Shown here: positions 35,775 to 48,645 of the stretch, in pieces
How the letters are laid out: the number at the start of each line of letters is the position of its first letter
Position numbering within the stretch: the first letter of the stretch is position 1
Origin: Ginglymostoma cirratum
Lineage: Eukaryota
Assembly: GCA_024137785.1 (NCBI GenBank)
Contig: JAHRHZ010000002.1
Span: 10,024,358 to 10,088,357, forward strand
Reading direction: 5' to 3'
DNA length: 64,000 bases
Translations under genes and position numbers: made by a program
Notes under the pieces: generated by a model
The model's input: only the letters and a program-made list of their open reading frames with translations
Database searches by the model: none
What the model was told of the DNA's origin: nothing

Positions 35775-37521
35775 CTGTAAACAAGAGAAAAGAAAGGTGA
35801 TTACTGATCAGATATTCTCTTTGTTGGAGTCCAGTGATCAACGACAGGATGTCTAGCACTACATGTGGGTTGGGCTTTAGGTAATGCTTTCAAAATTCTC
35901 AAACCTGATTCCAGTGAGTTTTTATCCGGGGTCACTTGAGTTGGTACATGGGATGGACAAACATCAATGCCTCGGAAGCACATTGTTAATTTATATATTT
36001 TATTGAAGCTATGTTCCTCATGAAGAATAGCAAAACAGTCATGGTTTAAATTGAGTGCATCTGCAGAAATCGGTGATACAGAGGGAGATATTTGCCTTGG
36101 TAGAGGAATTTCAAAGTGGTGTATGTAGGTTCATCAAGTGATTCAGCAGGAAAATGAAACTTTGGAGATAATTGCGGAGGAATCGAGTGTAAAAAAGGGA
36201 AATTTCATCAAACCGGGGGTTCTGTGTATAGTTTTGGACTCCTTTTCTAAAGAATGTAATTATATTACAAGCAGTTCAATAAAAGATTGACTTGACTGAT
36301 TCCAGGTTGAGCAGGTTGGCCAATGTCAGCTGGAGTTTAGTAGAAGAAATGATGAACCTATTAAAACATACATTCACTCCAATGTTCCAAACACAGTGAC
36401 TGGTCTTGGAGTGCCGATTAGGGCCTTGACCTCTGATTCTGGAAGTCGCTGCCATGTCAGACCTCAAAGCCCTGCACACATCTGCGAAGGAAATTAGAAG
36501 GAATGCTGATTGAGGAGATATTTCATCTTCTGGTCGAACATGGAACAAAGGGACGCAATTTCACAAAAAGGGGTCTTTGATGTAAATCTGAGATAGGGAG
36601 ATTTCTTTTAGTGTGTGGAATTTTCTTTTCTTCAGGGAACAGCCAAGGCTGGATTATTCAGTACATTCAAGGCTGATTTTGAGAAGTTTTTATTGAAAAT
36701 GGATTCTAGCTGGCACGGATAGCAATGAAAGCAGAGTTGAGACACATCATGCGTGCATGCTTCTATCAAATGATAGTTTGGTTCAGTAATGTGAACTCTC
36801 TACCTCTTCTTGATTTAGGACGTAATCTGGTTTGTAGCTTAAATTCTGGATGGCAAGCTTTTACCTATTTTATTCCACACCGGCTTGTTTCACTCCACTT
36901 CATGATCTACTTGCAAGACAATTTGACATTGACTGGGTATAATCACCATTTTCCGAATGGACCAGAGGAATGTCATCCCATTAGAGAGAGACAACCGGTA
37001 GCTATTTAATATGAGTGACCCCATACCTCAGGCAAAGGGAGAGGTTGAGAAGGATGGTCACCTCAGCAGGTGCAGGAATTGAACCCACACTGTGGGTGTT
37101 AATCTGCATTGCAAACCAGCCATCCAAGCTAACCAACCTTCTGCATTGACTCATGCTCCCAGTGATAATGTGCTCACTGTGTCAGAGGTCCTACTTTGAT
37201 GAATGATCCCCATGAGGGATAATACTGCAGTGACAGACACTCCCACTAATGCCTCCCCTCAGCAGTTCTAATATACCTAGTATTCAACCATGCATAATAA
37301 TTCGGTGAGCCTTTGCAGAACAAATAGGTTTATTCTCACTTTAGGGATGGAATAAAATCAAAAGGCTAATTCAGGAAATATGAGTTTTAAAAAAGATATC
37401 ATTGATCAGGGTCTGCAGAAAATCACTGTTCAATCAGAATGCAACATTATGAGTCATTGATTGAAAACAGAGAGCAGCTCTGCCATGCATTTACATACTG
37501 TCAATGCTCTTCGTCACTTAC

Positions 37522-37585
37522 CAGGAACGCCAATGATGGAAAGAGCCATGTAGTACATTTTCCTGAAACTGTTAAATGTTTCCAT
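37522..37585 (-). CDS. GPR139-like: GPR139-like gene B, exon 1 (METFNSFRKMYYMALSIIGVP)
   Basis: Good Kozak context ACCATGG, YY...G.P TM1 start, donor G/GTAAGT, 64 nt, phase 1. Not in the ORF track. Confidence 0.88.
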
Positions 37586-37644
37586 GGTTTCCTGTGTAAA
37601 GTGGTCTGTGCCTTCTGAGAGAATACTTTCTCCAAGCTCTTTAA

Positions 37645-37699
37645 TTTATATGGAGTGGAAATCTCCGTGGGGACTTTGATGTTGTAACATCATGCAAAT
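37645..37699 (-). promoter_or_regulatory. Gene B core promoter: TATA, two kB-like sites, palindrome and octamer
   Basis: TATAAA at 37645-37650; GGAAATCTCC and GGGGACTTTG at about 37657-37678; TGATGTT-gt-AACATCA at 37677-37692; ATGCAAAT at 37692-37699. Confidence 0.55.
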
Positions 37700-37939
37700 G
37701 CACCATTTATTTTTGAAATTATACACAAGTACATTGCAGCAGCAGTGTTAACTCCCTGTCACGATAATAAATATATTGTGTTGAAATTTTATGCAAGTCC
37801 CAACTTCAGGCAATTTTGATAACACAAATTTGTGGAAGAACATGAATACAGCTCTGTCAAAACAACTGATCTTCCTTTCAAACATCATCAAGCCCAGCTC
37901 TTAGTTTCATTCTGTTTCAGTGCTGTCCTACAGGCTAAT

Positions 37940-38420
37940 GTGCCCCTCAAACTGATACAGTCCTTTGAACTGTCACAAACTTTCAAACCATTATTGATCC
38001 TCAAAATGAGACAGAGTATCAAACAGATATAACCTCTCAAAACTGATGTTCTCCCTCAACTTGGTAAGTCCCTCCAAATGATCTAGGCTCTCAAATGGAT
38101 ATAGCCTCTCAAACAGTTATGGCGCTCAAAATTATGCAATTATATCTGATTTAAACTAACACTATCCCTAAATCTGGCACAGAACATCAAACTGATATGG
38201 ACCACCCTAAACTATTACAGTCCATTAATCTGATACAATGGCCCCAAACCAATACAGACCATCAAAATTATACACCCTCCCACAAACTGATACAGCCTAA
38301 GCAACTGATACACCCTCCTCCAAACTGATACAGATCATCACACTGATACAGTGCCCCGGAACCAATGTGGACCACCAAACTGATACAGTCCACCCAATCT
38401 GATACAGACTATCAAGCTCA
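37940..38420. repeat. Degenerate minisatellite (CAAACTGATACAG-core units of about 17-19 nt)
   Basis: Recurrent caaactgatacag core; a shorter paralogous array lies at 5720-5870. Confidence 0.75.
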
Positions 38421-38929
38421 CACAGCTGCTCAGAATAAGGAACAGGTCACTCAGAACTGATACAAGGATGAATTTCCTCACGTAGATAGTGGTGACTCTT
38501 TGGATCTCTCCCCCTGAGGGGTCAGAGGGCCGTGGGAGCTCTACTGTTGAATAAGTTGACAAACACAGATGTTGATAATTTACTTCATATTAAAGTAATA
38601 AGGGGCTCAGGGATAATGCAAGGAGACACTGTTGTCGTAGAGTGTCAGACAAGATCTCTGTGAACGGCAGATCAAGCTCAAAGAGATGAAGGAAAATCCT
38701 TACGTATCATGGCTGGTGCAAGATGACAGCACATTCTCTTGGTTTTGGAAAACTCCTTGTCACAATGGGCCAAATAGTCTCCTTCCATGCTGTTGGTATC
38801 TATATGTCTGCGTTAGTCTGTATAAGGCAGACGACATGATGAGTGACACATTGAGAGAGCCATGGGGGATGTTGAAATTTCTACTTTCAAACTTTGAACA
38901 CAGAGCTATCTCAATGCAATCCCAAAATC

Positions 38930-39420
38930 TGATTCAAATCCCATTCCTCGATTCAAAGACGGTTTTGAAAAGCCGGGGACAAGCAACTTCTATTACTAAA
39001 TTGGACTTACTCACAGGATACTGGCAAGTACCTTTATCTAAAAGAGCGAAGACAATTTTGGCCTTTGTGACACCGAATGGAATGTACCAATTTAAAGTCA
39101 TCCCATTTGGTGTGAAAAACGCACCAGCCACATTTGAAATACTAACTAACAGAGTCATTTTAGGATTATCCAGTTCTGTGGTGTGTATTGATGATCTGGT
39201 GATTTTTAGTCACACATGGAAGGAACATTTCCAACACTTACTGGAATTGTTCGAAATGACTTTGGGAGTTGCACTAAAGTTGCTTAAGAGTGAGCTTGCA
39301 AAAGAACAAGTCATCAGTCCTGGGCCATGTCTTTGGACGTGGACAGATGGCCTCATGGGACATGAAAACATATTTCATTGAGAATTTCCAACACCATCAA
39401 TGAAGAATGCACCTTAAAAG
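38930..39420 (+). mobile_element. Gypsy LTR-retrotransposon reverse transcriptase fragment
   Basis: ITKLDLLTGYWQVPL..AFVTPNGMYQFKVIPFGVKNAPATF..CIDDLVIFS (degenerate YxDD). Confidence 0.88.
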
Positions 39421-39444
39421 GATAACGTCACTCAGTTGTAGGGT

Positions 39445-40730
39445 TATTAGAGATGTACTGCACAGAAACAGCCCCTTTGGCTCAACTTGTCCATGATGAC
39501 CACATATGCTAAATTAATCTACCCCCATTTACAAGTATTTGGCCCATACCCATACAGAAGCTTTGTAAATGTTGTAATTGTACCAGCCTCCACCACTTCC
39601 CCTGGCAGCTCATTCCATACATGCACTACCCTCTGCATGAAAAAGTTGCCCCTGGGGTCCCTTTTAAATCTTTCCCCTCTCACCTTAAGTCTATGCCCTC
39701 TAGTTTTGGACTCACCTACCCTGGCAAAAGGACCTTGACTATTCACCATGACCTTCATGAGAACATCCAACCGCCTCCAAAGCTAAAGAGAAAATAGCCC
39801 CAGCCTATTCAGCATCTCCTTGTGGGTCAAACCCTCCAAGCCTGGCAACATCCTCGTCAATCTTTTCTGACCCCTTTCCTATGGCAAGAAGACTAGAATT
39901 GAACGCAGTATTCTAAAGCTGTCCTAACCAATGTCCCACGCAGGTACAACATGACCTTCCAACTCCAATATTCAATGCAATGACTAATAAAGGCAAGTGT
40001 ACCAAATGCCTACTTCTCTAACCTGTCTACTTGTGATGATACTTTTGAGGAATTATGAACCAGCACTCCAAGGTCACTCTTGCGATAGGGTTAGGCAACA
40101 CTCCGAGGATCCTACCAGTATATACATACGTCCTGCCCTGATTTGACACAGCAAAATGCAACACCTCACATTTATCTCAATTAAACTCCATCTGCTACTT
40201 CTCGGCCCTTCGTCACTTCTGTTCAAGGTCCCGATGTACTCTGAGCTAATTCCTTGGCTGTTCACTACACTACCAATTTTTGTGTCATCGGTAAATTCAC
40301 TAACCATACCTCCTCTATTCATATCCAAATCATTTATCAAAATGACAACAAGCAGTGGACCCGGCACCTATCCCTGTGACACACCGCTGGTCACATGCCT
40401 CCAGTCTGAAAATCCACCCTCCACCATCCCCCGCTGTCTCCTACTTTCTAGTCAACTTATATAAATGATTAGTTCTCTCCGTATTCCATGTGATCTAACC
40501 TTGTTGACCAGTCCACCTTATCGAAATCCTGACTGAAGTCCACTTTGAAAATGTCCACCGTTTTGCCTCCATCAATCCTCTTTGTCACTTCCAAAATCTC
40601 AATTAAGTTAGTGAGATATGATTTCCCACACTCAAAGCCATGTTGACTATCCCGAATCAGTCATTGCTTTTCCAAATACATGTTTTTCCTGTCCCTCAGA
40701 ATCCCCTCCAACAACTTGGCCACCACTAAT
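39445..40730 (-). mobile_element. CR1 LINE 3' fragment
   Basis: ESKTRGHRLKVRGERFKRDPRGNFFMQRVVHVWNELP and INDLD..SEFTDDTKIG remnants. Confidence 0.88.
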
Positions 40731-40732
40731 GG

Positions 40733-41505
40733 TGTGATGATACTATGGTTTTAAGAGGTAATTTGGCCTTTTTATTTGAAGGGTGTTTTTTTTTAAGACA
40801 CAGGTGGTGACCAGTCTATCAGAGTAAACAATTTGTGAGGTCTAGTATTTTTTTTAATGTTGGAACAATAGAAGCAGCCCGAATTGCTGTGGTCACACTT
40901 TCTCGGAGCCATGACTTTTAGTTTTTTGCTTCCGGCAGTTGCCATTGAGGTCTTGAAGAAGTGGAAGCTTTTTTTTCCTTTTGTCAGTTACAGCCAAACG
41001 TTGAAGATTTTTAACCTGCTACTGGAATTGCATGTGAGACAATCTGTTTACTTAATGTGCCTTTCGCCAAGGGAGTTACTACTTTGGAAAAGTTAATTAC
41101 TGTTAGTTACTGTTAGTTACCCCTTAGTCAAGGGCTAAGGGCTATGGGGAGACTGCGGGTAAGTGGAGTTGAAATGCCCATCAGCCATGATTAAATGGTG
41201 GAGTGGACTCGATGGGCCGAATGGCCTTACTTCCACTCCTATGTCTTATGGTCTTATGGTCTTATGGCCTTATCTAGCATTCCCTTAAAATTTTCAGTAG
41301 AGTTACGTTATTCCAATTCTTTCTTTCTTTTGTAGTATTTTATCTACAATGGTTGAATAAAGTGTGTTTTGCTTTAAATCCAGAAGACTGACCAATTGAA
41401 TTGCGTCTGGAACACAAAACATTCTCCGTTAAAATAAGAAAAACAAAAGTTGTGGTGTAGACTCTGTTCTGAATATTTTGATAGGGTTTTGTCTGGTCTA
41501 AAACA
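40733..41505 (+). mobile_element. Gypsy LTR with a CR1 tail inserted at about 41120-41272
   Basis: TGTGATGA...TCTGGTCTAAAACA ends, internal AATAAA; both ends homologous to the LTR at 61851-62477. Confidence 0.65.
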
Positions 41506-42830
41506 AAGTGTACAAGAAGACATAAGGCATGCTTGTCTTCATCAGTTGTGGCATAGATTATAAACTTTAGCAAGCCATGTTGCAGTTGTATAGAACTTTC
41601 CAATTAACACGAGAATTAGAATGAGCTTTTATTTTCATTTGCACTTGAGTACAGAGAGAGAGGAGCACGGTGAAAAGATCACAGCATTTCCATTCACAAC
41701 ACCATCTTAGGTGCAACGTACCCAAGTACAAAATCGTGGGTCGAAAAATAGAGAAGTAAACAAATCAGTTAAAAGTTACAACATTACTGTTCTTCTCATA
41801 TAAAATAGTAATGAAGCAATAAAGGTGTAACTCCCAAATTACAGTCTTCTTTAGCCATGAATTTGTATAGCTCCATGCAGGGCTTCCCAATTAGAACCCA
41901 TTCTCTCTGAGTACTTGGATCAATCTCTATTCATCTCTCGATCCCCATTCATTTGTGATGCTGTCTCACCTCCGATCACCATTGGGCTCGATAGCTGCCT
42001 CAGTAAATGCTGCCAGAGTCCCGGTCTGGTACTGCGCAGGACCACCACTTGCTTCCACGTTGCTGCCAGCCACCTGAGGTCTGCCCAGACACACCGGTCT
42101 CCTCGTGGCTGACCACCAAAGTCCGTGCCCTGGGTCCCCAGCTGCTGCTGCTGCCGCCCCTGCCTCCATGAACAAGCTCCCAACAGAATGGAAGGAGAGG
42201 AAAAGGGAAAGAAGAAAGACAAGTGGTTTGAGCACAGGAGCTCTGGCTCAGGAGCGCTACTTCACTGCCATCTTGCTCCAACCGTCAGGACCCATTTGGA
42301 ATATTGCACAGTTCTGGCTGCCACACTACCAGAAGCATGTGGAGACTTTGGAAAGGGAACAGTCAAGGTTTACCAGGATGTTACTTGGTTTGGAGGGCTA
42401 TAAGGAGATATTGGACATAATTTGTTTGTTTTCACTTGAATGTCAGGGGCTGTTTGACATGATAACAAATTATGAGGGACATGAATAGAACGGAAAGTTG
42501 GAGTCTTTCTCTCAGGATAGGGATGTAAACTACTAGAAGACATAGGTTTAAGGTAAACGGAGGTAACTTTAAAGATGTGAAGTCAACTCTTTGTTTACAC
42601 AGAGGTTGATAAGTGCCCAGAATGCACTACCAAAGGGGGCAATTGAAATAGATACAATAGCAACATTTAAAGTGTATTTTGACAGATACATGAATAGGCA
42701 GGAAATCGAGGGATATGCACAGTATGAAGGCAAAAAGTTTTAATTGAGAAAGGTGTCATGTGTCAATGGAGATGTAATGATCTGAAGGCTCTGTTCCTGT
42801 GTTGTACTGTTCTTTGATTTTTGTATTTAT
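41506..42830 (+). mobile_element. CR1 3' fragment interrupted by an antisense insertion (about 41606-42282)
   Basis: CR1 RT frame stops at TAGAACTTT and resumes at AGGACCCATTTGGAATATTG. Confidence 0.65.
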
Positions 42831-43103
42831 GTAAGCCTCACTATCAAATGTTTTGTTTTGAAGCTTTAGGTAATTAACTTGAAACATCCATTAGAGAGCC
42901 CAAGTGATATCTTTTATCATGTAAATCAGGGACTTGGCTGTGACTTTAAATGGAATTCTGTGTCAAATACAAAAACAAAAGCTGGAAAAACTCAACAGAT
43001 GTGGCAGCATCTGGCAAGACAGAAATAGAGTCAGTGTTTCATGTCTGACTCTTCTTCAAAACTGAAGAAAAATCCCTCTGGAAAATGTTGGAGGGGGCAA
43101 CTG

Positions 43104-43560
43104 ATTTGATATGATTTGATTTGATTTGATTTGATTTATTATTGCCACATGTACCTAGATACAGTGACAAGTTTTGTTTTGCATGCCTTATAGATGGGTA
43201 ATAACATACAAAGATCATAAGGGCGTTGAACAGAGTGAAGAATACAAAGTCAAGGCTGCAAAGAAGCTGCACAAATTGCAAGATCAACATTAGATTCAAA
43301 ATTTTGAGAAGTCCNNNNNNNNNNTGCACAAATTGCAAGATCAACATTAGATTCAAAATTTTGAGAAGTCCGTTCCGAAGATTAATAACAGTGAGGAAGA
43401 AGCCATTCTTAAAACCTGTTAGTGTGCATATTTATGCTTTTATATCTCCTGCCTGATAGAAGGGGTCGCAAGTGATTTTCAGCTGGGCAGGAGGGGACTT
43501 TGATGAGGTACTGCTTTTCGAAAGCAGATGCAGATACATTCAATGAATGGAAAGTTGGCT
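43104..43560 (-). mobile_element. Rex1/Babar-like LINE 3' end with (AAATC)n tail; contains a 10-N gap
   Basis: AATAAA followed by (TCAAA)n on the minus strand; similar to the 3' part of 52657-53570. Confidence 0.55.
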
Positions 43561-44599
43561 TGCCTGGTGAATTGATGTCTCCTAATCATTGTACAATTAA
43601 CTGACACGAATGGCTTTTCTAAGCTAATATGATCCAATGTTTTGATAACCTCTGCCACCTCTGACAAGCATGATTCGGTAGTGAAATGTACATGAACTAA
43701 ATTACTTGCGTCTGAGGAGTTTGTTTGCAGACAATTAGAATAATAGCAGCCATCGCCTGGGTGTCAGAAGAAAACAAAGGAAAGAAGTCAAATAAGTAAC
43801 AAAAAAGAGAAGGAAGCTGGACTCTACACAAAAATGATAATAATGATGAGAAAATGTGTACACTCTGCCATCAGGATGGAACATGAGACATATATATGTC
43901 ATACTGCTTTGTAAATTGCTACTGATCTTCACCTATCACATACAGATTTATGTGTCTTTGTCTCAAAGCTGCTCCGTGACTGAACTTAATTTCCACTTCC
44001 AGTCACAATGCCAGTGTGATGTTATGATCCAAGTTGATGGTAATCCTGGAGAAGTTAGATACCAGAGTGAAAAGTGATTTGATAGACCATAAGTTCAATT
44101 TAACTGTTGGGCATCATTATGCTTAATCACTGAACACATTCACATGAGGCTGTCAGTGTTCCTTAAAGCAAGTTTAGGTCAGAAGACTGAAACAAAAAAA
44201 ATGTTGTGCATATAGCAGTTTAGAAGTAAACTTTCTATCTGTTTCCCAGCAAATCCTTCAGTGATACTCAATTTCAGAGAAACATTGTTCTGTTATTAAT
44301 TTCTTTTTTAACTCATTCTTTCAAGTGCTCCCTCTGAGATAGCTGAAATAGTTTTTAACTCCTTTTCAGTTCTGATCCCTGAACCTCTTTTCCGTTATGA
44401 CAACATGGTAACATCCAAAATTTCACAGTTTGGATACTTCACTATCTAAAGCACTTCAGCTAGAGTAAACATTTCTCCTGAACTGAGCTGCAGATTATCT
44501 TCAACAGAAGTCAAAACAAAACTAAAGAACCCAGGTCTGTTTTCTCTGTTTGTTGAAAACTCAGTAGTATAACTATTTCAGCAAATAATAATTTCTCTA

Positions 44600-45070
44600 T
44601 GCCCTCTGTAGCACCAGCACATACTTCGTTAGTATTCATGCACTTCTTTACTCATTCTCCTAGATTTGTCTAAGGCCTTTTGCAGCTCCTCCCCCCACAT
44701 CATCAACATTACCCACTTTTCCCCCTATCTTTGTGCCATCCGCAAACTTAGCAACGATGCCCTTGGTTACTTCGTCCAGATCATTGTTGCACAACGTGAA
44801 AGGTTGTGGTACTAACACTGAGAACTGTGTTGCTCCACTAGTCACCGGCTGACCTTTTTATCCCACTCTCTACTTTCTGCCAGTCAGTTTATCCCATATT
44901 CATGCCAGTATCTTGTGCCTAACTCTGTTATCTTATCTAGAGGCCTCTTGCGTGACATTTTGTAAAAAGCCTCACGGAAATCCAAGTAGATCACACCCAC
45001 TTACCTTTGCCTAACTTGCTCATTACCTCCTTAAAGAATTCTACCAGATTCTTAAGGCATGACTTCCAAA
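44600..45070 (-). mobile_element. CR1 RT fragment
   Basis: NDLDE..VAKFADGTKIGG remnant. Confidence 0.75.
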
Positions 45071-47332
45071 AGATAGCAGATTTCCTTCTGTATACGACAT
45101 TAGTGAAACAGAAACAGATGGTGCTTGCAACAATTTCTGATAGTTTCATGTCCGTAATTACAGAGACTACCTTTCAACTACAGATTTCATTAACTAAACT
45201 CAGATTCTGCCTAGCTGCTTTTGTAGACCTTGAGCACAAAACATCAATGTATTAGCCTAGATCTCTGGATTTCTAGCCTTGTGACAATACTGTTTATGTC
45301 ACTTATTTCCCCATCAGATGTTTAAATATATCACACGCATTCTTAGAGATGATGTAGCTATGAAATTAATCCAAATGTCTTTCTGACCGCTAAAAAAGTT
45401 ACCTTTCACAGAACTGCAATAAGAATCCACCTGCCTCTGCATGAAAACTGAAATTCCCAAGTTATAATGATGCATATCCTACCCTCTATCACAAATGGAG
45501 AGAAATCACAAAATATTTTAGAAGACCAGGCTTATTCACTGGCTGTATAAATGTCCAAAGATGTAGCTGCATGGAATTATAGAGATATTTGAAAGCTTCT
45601 GTCATTAGGGATTGTTAGTTAAAGTTCAAATTCATGGAACCAAATGGAAGTCGAAATTACATGAGCAGAAAATAATACAGAAAGACATATAGAGTCTGTT
45701 CCCAAATTAGGGCCACTTGGCTGAAAACATTGATTGTGCTTCCTCTTTGTAGATGCTGCCAGTCCTGCTGTGTTTCTCCAGAAATTACAATTTTTGCTTG
45801 AGAGAGAGAGTAGAGATACTGGACAAGTATTCAAACCATCAGGACGTGAACAGCCAAGTGTTGTAAAGACGCACACTTGGACTGGATTACACACTAATAA
45901 ATAAAATAAATGATGGATGGAAAACAACATATATGCTTACAGATATCAAAGTACTGAGCAATGTTGTAGTTGGTACAGATGGAAACATGAATTGACAGAG
46001 ATATTAATCGATTCGGTGAATGTTTTTAACTTTGGAAAATTAAGTTCAATATTGGCAAATAGGACGTCACTTATTTTGGACCAAAGAAGAATAAAACAAG
46101 GTGCTTTCTAAACAGTGAAAAATCTGAAAATAGTGGAGGTCCAATGTAACTTGAAGTGCAGGCATATAAATCATTAAAATGCTGTAGCCATGTAGATAAT
46201 TGAAGATAATCATGAAAAACAAACAGAACGCTTGCTTGTACAGCTAGAAAGTTAGAATGCAAGGAGGAAGTGGATATACATCAGTTTGATAGAACATTGG
46301 TTGGAACACACATAAAATGTTGTGAGCACATCTTGATACCACACCACAGCAAGGATCTTTGGGCTCAGAGAGAGTGCAGATACAATTTACAAGAAAGATA
46401 CTTGAACTTTAAAATGGAAGCATTTGGAAGAAGGTGAAGCAAAGCAGGTGGCTTTCAGTGGAATTTGGAAGATTTGTATAATATCATCGAAGTTATGTCA
46501 ATGTCAAGGCAGAGAAATTTCTCCATGTCTGGAATTTACAACAAGGGAACAGATGTTAAAAATTGAATTCAAATCTTAACAGAATGCTATCAGGAAAGAT
46601 TTCTTCATTACAATATAACAGAAATTGGACAACATCTGGCTATGGAAATTAATTCTAGAACAATTATTAATTTTAATATCTCCTGTGCTAACTGTTTCTG
46701 AATTAAAGTTTTTAAAGACGATGAGGCAAAAGTGATTGACATGGAGTTAAGCCCCTTGAGCGCATAGTCTCTTGGACTGTTTGGTCCCAGTCCCATTCTT
46801 AAAATCCACTTTGTGCAGCAATGTGAAACAAAAACTGAAATTGCTGGAACAACTCGTAACATTGAGTTCAGTGAAGCTTCTGTAGCAATGTGCACAACTA
46901 ATTCCATCTTTTTCTGCTCACACCTCTCTTGTGACATCCAAGATAACTGCTCTCCTCTCCTTTGAAGGAAATAAACAGGCATTAGAACATGTCCACTAAT
47001 CCTCTCCTGCCGAATTCTACTATCTTACTGAAGTCACGAGAATGGTCATAATTCAGATCAGTGCTGTTAACTGTTTAAAAAAATAGCACTAGAACATTGT
47101 CTGAAAGTTCCTGCAAGGTTGTTAATATAACCCATTACTGGATTATTGGTGAGGGCCAATGGTAAACTATCATGGACAGAGAATTCGAAGAATGACTGAA
47201 GTGGGCTTGGAATTGGTACAGAGTTTGTTCCAAACATATGATAGGCAGAGCTCAATTTACATTTGATTCGGTGAAAATAAGCATCCATGATTAACTCACA
47301 GCACTACAACTGGAGTCATTATTTTGAACCAC

Positions 47333-47638
47333 AGAATCCCTACAATGTGGAAACAGGCCCTTCTGCCTGACAAGTACACATTGAATCTGAGAGCATCCCA
47401 CTCAAACCCACCCCCTTAATCTACACATCCCTGAACACTACAGGCAATTTAGCATGGGCAATTTACCTAACAGCACATCTTTGGACTGTGGGAGGAAACT
47501 GGAGCACCTGGAAGAAACCCACACAGACACAGGGCAAATGTGCAAACTCCACACAGGCAGTCACCCAAGGCTGGAATTGAACCCCGGTCCCTGGCACTGT
47601 GAGGTAGCCATGCTAACCACTGTGCCACCATGCTGCCC
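47333..47638 (-). mobile_element. HE1-like V-SINE
   Basis: Minus strand GGTGGCACAGTGGTTAGC (A box), GGTTCAATTCC (B box), V domain. Confidence 0.85.
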
Positions 47639-47731
47639 CAAATTTTGAGGCTGTTAGTGCAAATTATCTAATCTTACAATGTATTTCATTTTCAGGATCA
47701 AATTTGAATTTAATATGGCTATGTTAGATCC

Positions 47732-48645
47732 TTATTGTAGCACATTTCCCCATTGAGCACACTTACAAATGAGAGTGAAGGGATATTTGAGGGCACGCAG
47801 CAGCTCCTGTCTGAACTTACTCTGGGTCACTGCATAAGTGGCTGTGTTAGTGCAGCAGCTCAGAAGCTGAAGCATAATTCCTATATTTTCGTAAATTTCA
47901 TAAGGGCTAAGTAGAGATGTGAGAAGAAAAAAATATGTAATTCTATAATACAGGAAATAAGTGACAGTTGTGATCCAGAGCAGGATAAAGCTGCTGGATA
48001 TTGCAAACAGTAAAATGATGGACCTTTTACGATTCTTCATCTCAGGGTCTTTGTCATTGCTCCTGTGGACACGAAGGTTCATCCGGGCCTGACTGGCCAC
48101 TAAAATATATCTGACAGTGAGGATGTTCAAAAACAAAATCAAGAAGAATGGAAGAATGGGAGTTAACAGCTGTTCAATCCAAGAAAATGCCATTGCTGCA
48201 GGTTGAAAATGAACCACTGGTGATACAAAGCAACCCCGTGGTATGGTGTTCACTCGCTCATAGGGAATGTATAAGAAGGCCCAGGGAATGTTCTTTAAAC
48301 AGAAGAACAAGCTCATTGTAATTGTCACCACAAAGGCAGTTTTCACTGTGCAATATTTTGATATTGTCTTGTGACAGCAAATGGCTACAAAACGATCAAA
48401 GGTAAAGGCGACTGTGAACCAAACAGAAATGTCGATGGCAGTCGAAGACAGGAACAAAATTACTCCACAAACAGAAGTGTACAGCAGCAGGGAGTCCCAC
48501 CAATAAATCATAGCAATCCGATGTAACGTCACGTTAAAGACAGCCACCATGAAATCTGCTATTGCCATGGCCACCAGGTAGTGAGTGATACATTTGGAGA
48601 GATCGCATTTCCCCTGACTCAGGACCACAATCGCAACCAGGTTCA
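47732..48645 (-). CDS. GPR139-like: GPR139/GPR142-like GPCR, gene C, exon 2 (model 51291-51360 + 47732-48645, 327 aa)
   Basis: Close paralog of gene A; FTFDRFVAIC, FILLW, CCTNTATY; acceptor TTTGTCACAG, phase 1. Confidence 0.92.

Noticed and set aside
35775-35859. N-terminal extension of the 333-aa ORF
   Set aside because: Read-through of the intron pyrimidine tract; the true first exon is 37522-37585.
37940-38420. CRISPR-like periodic repeat
   Set aside because: Vertebrate DNA; degenerate adjacent units without unique spacers and no cas genes.
38686-39381. 231-aa ORF as a host or domesticated gene
   Set aside because: Chance fusion of flanking DNA with a Gypsy RT fragment whose YxDD is degenerate (CIDD) and truncated.
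43268-43371. Perfect direct repeat of about 47 nt around 10 N
   Set aside because: Unmerged contig overlap, not a biological repeat.
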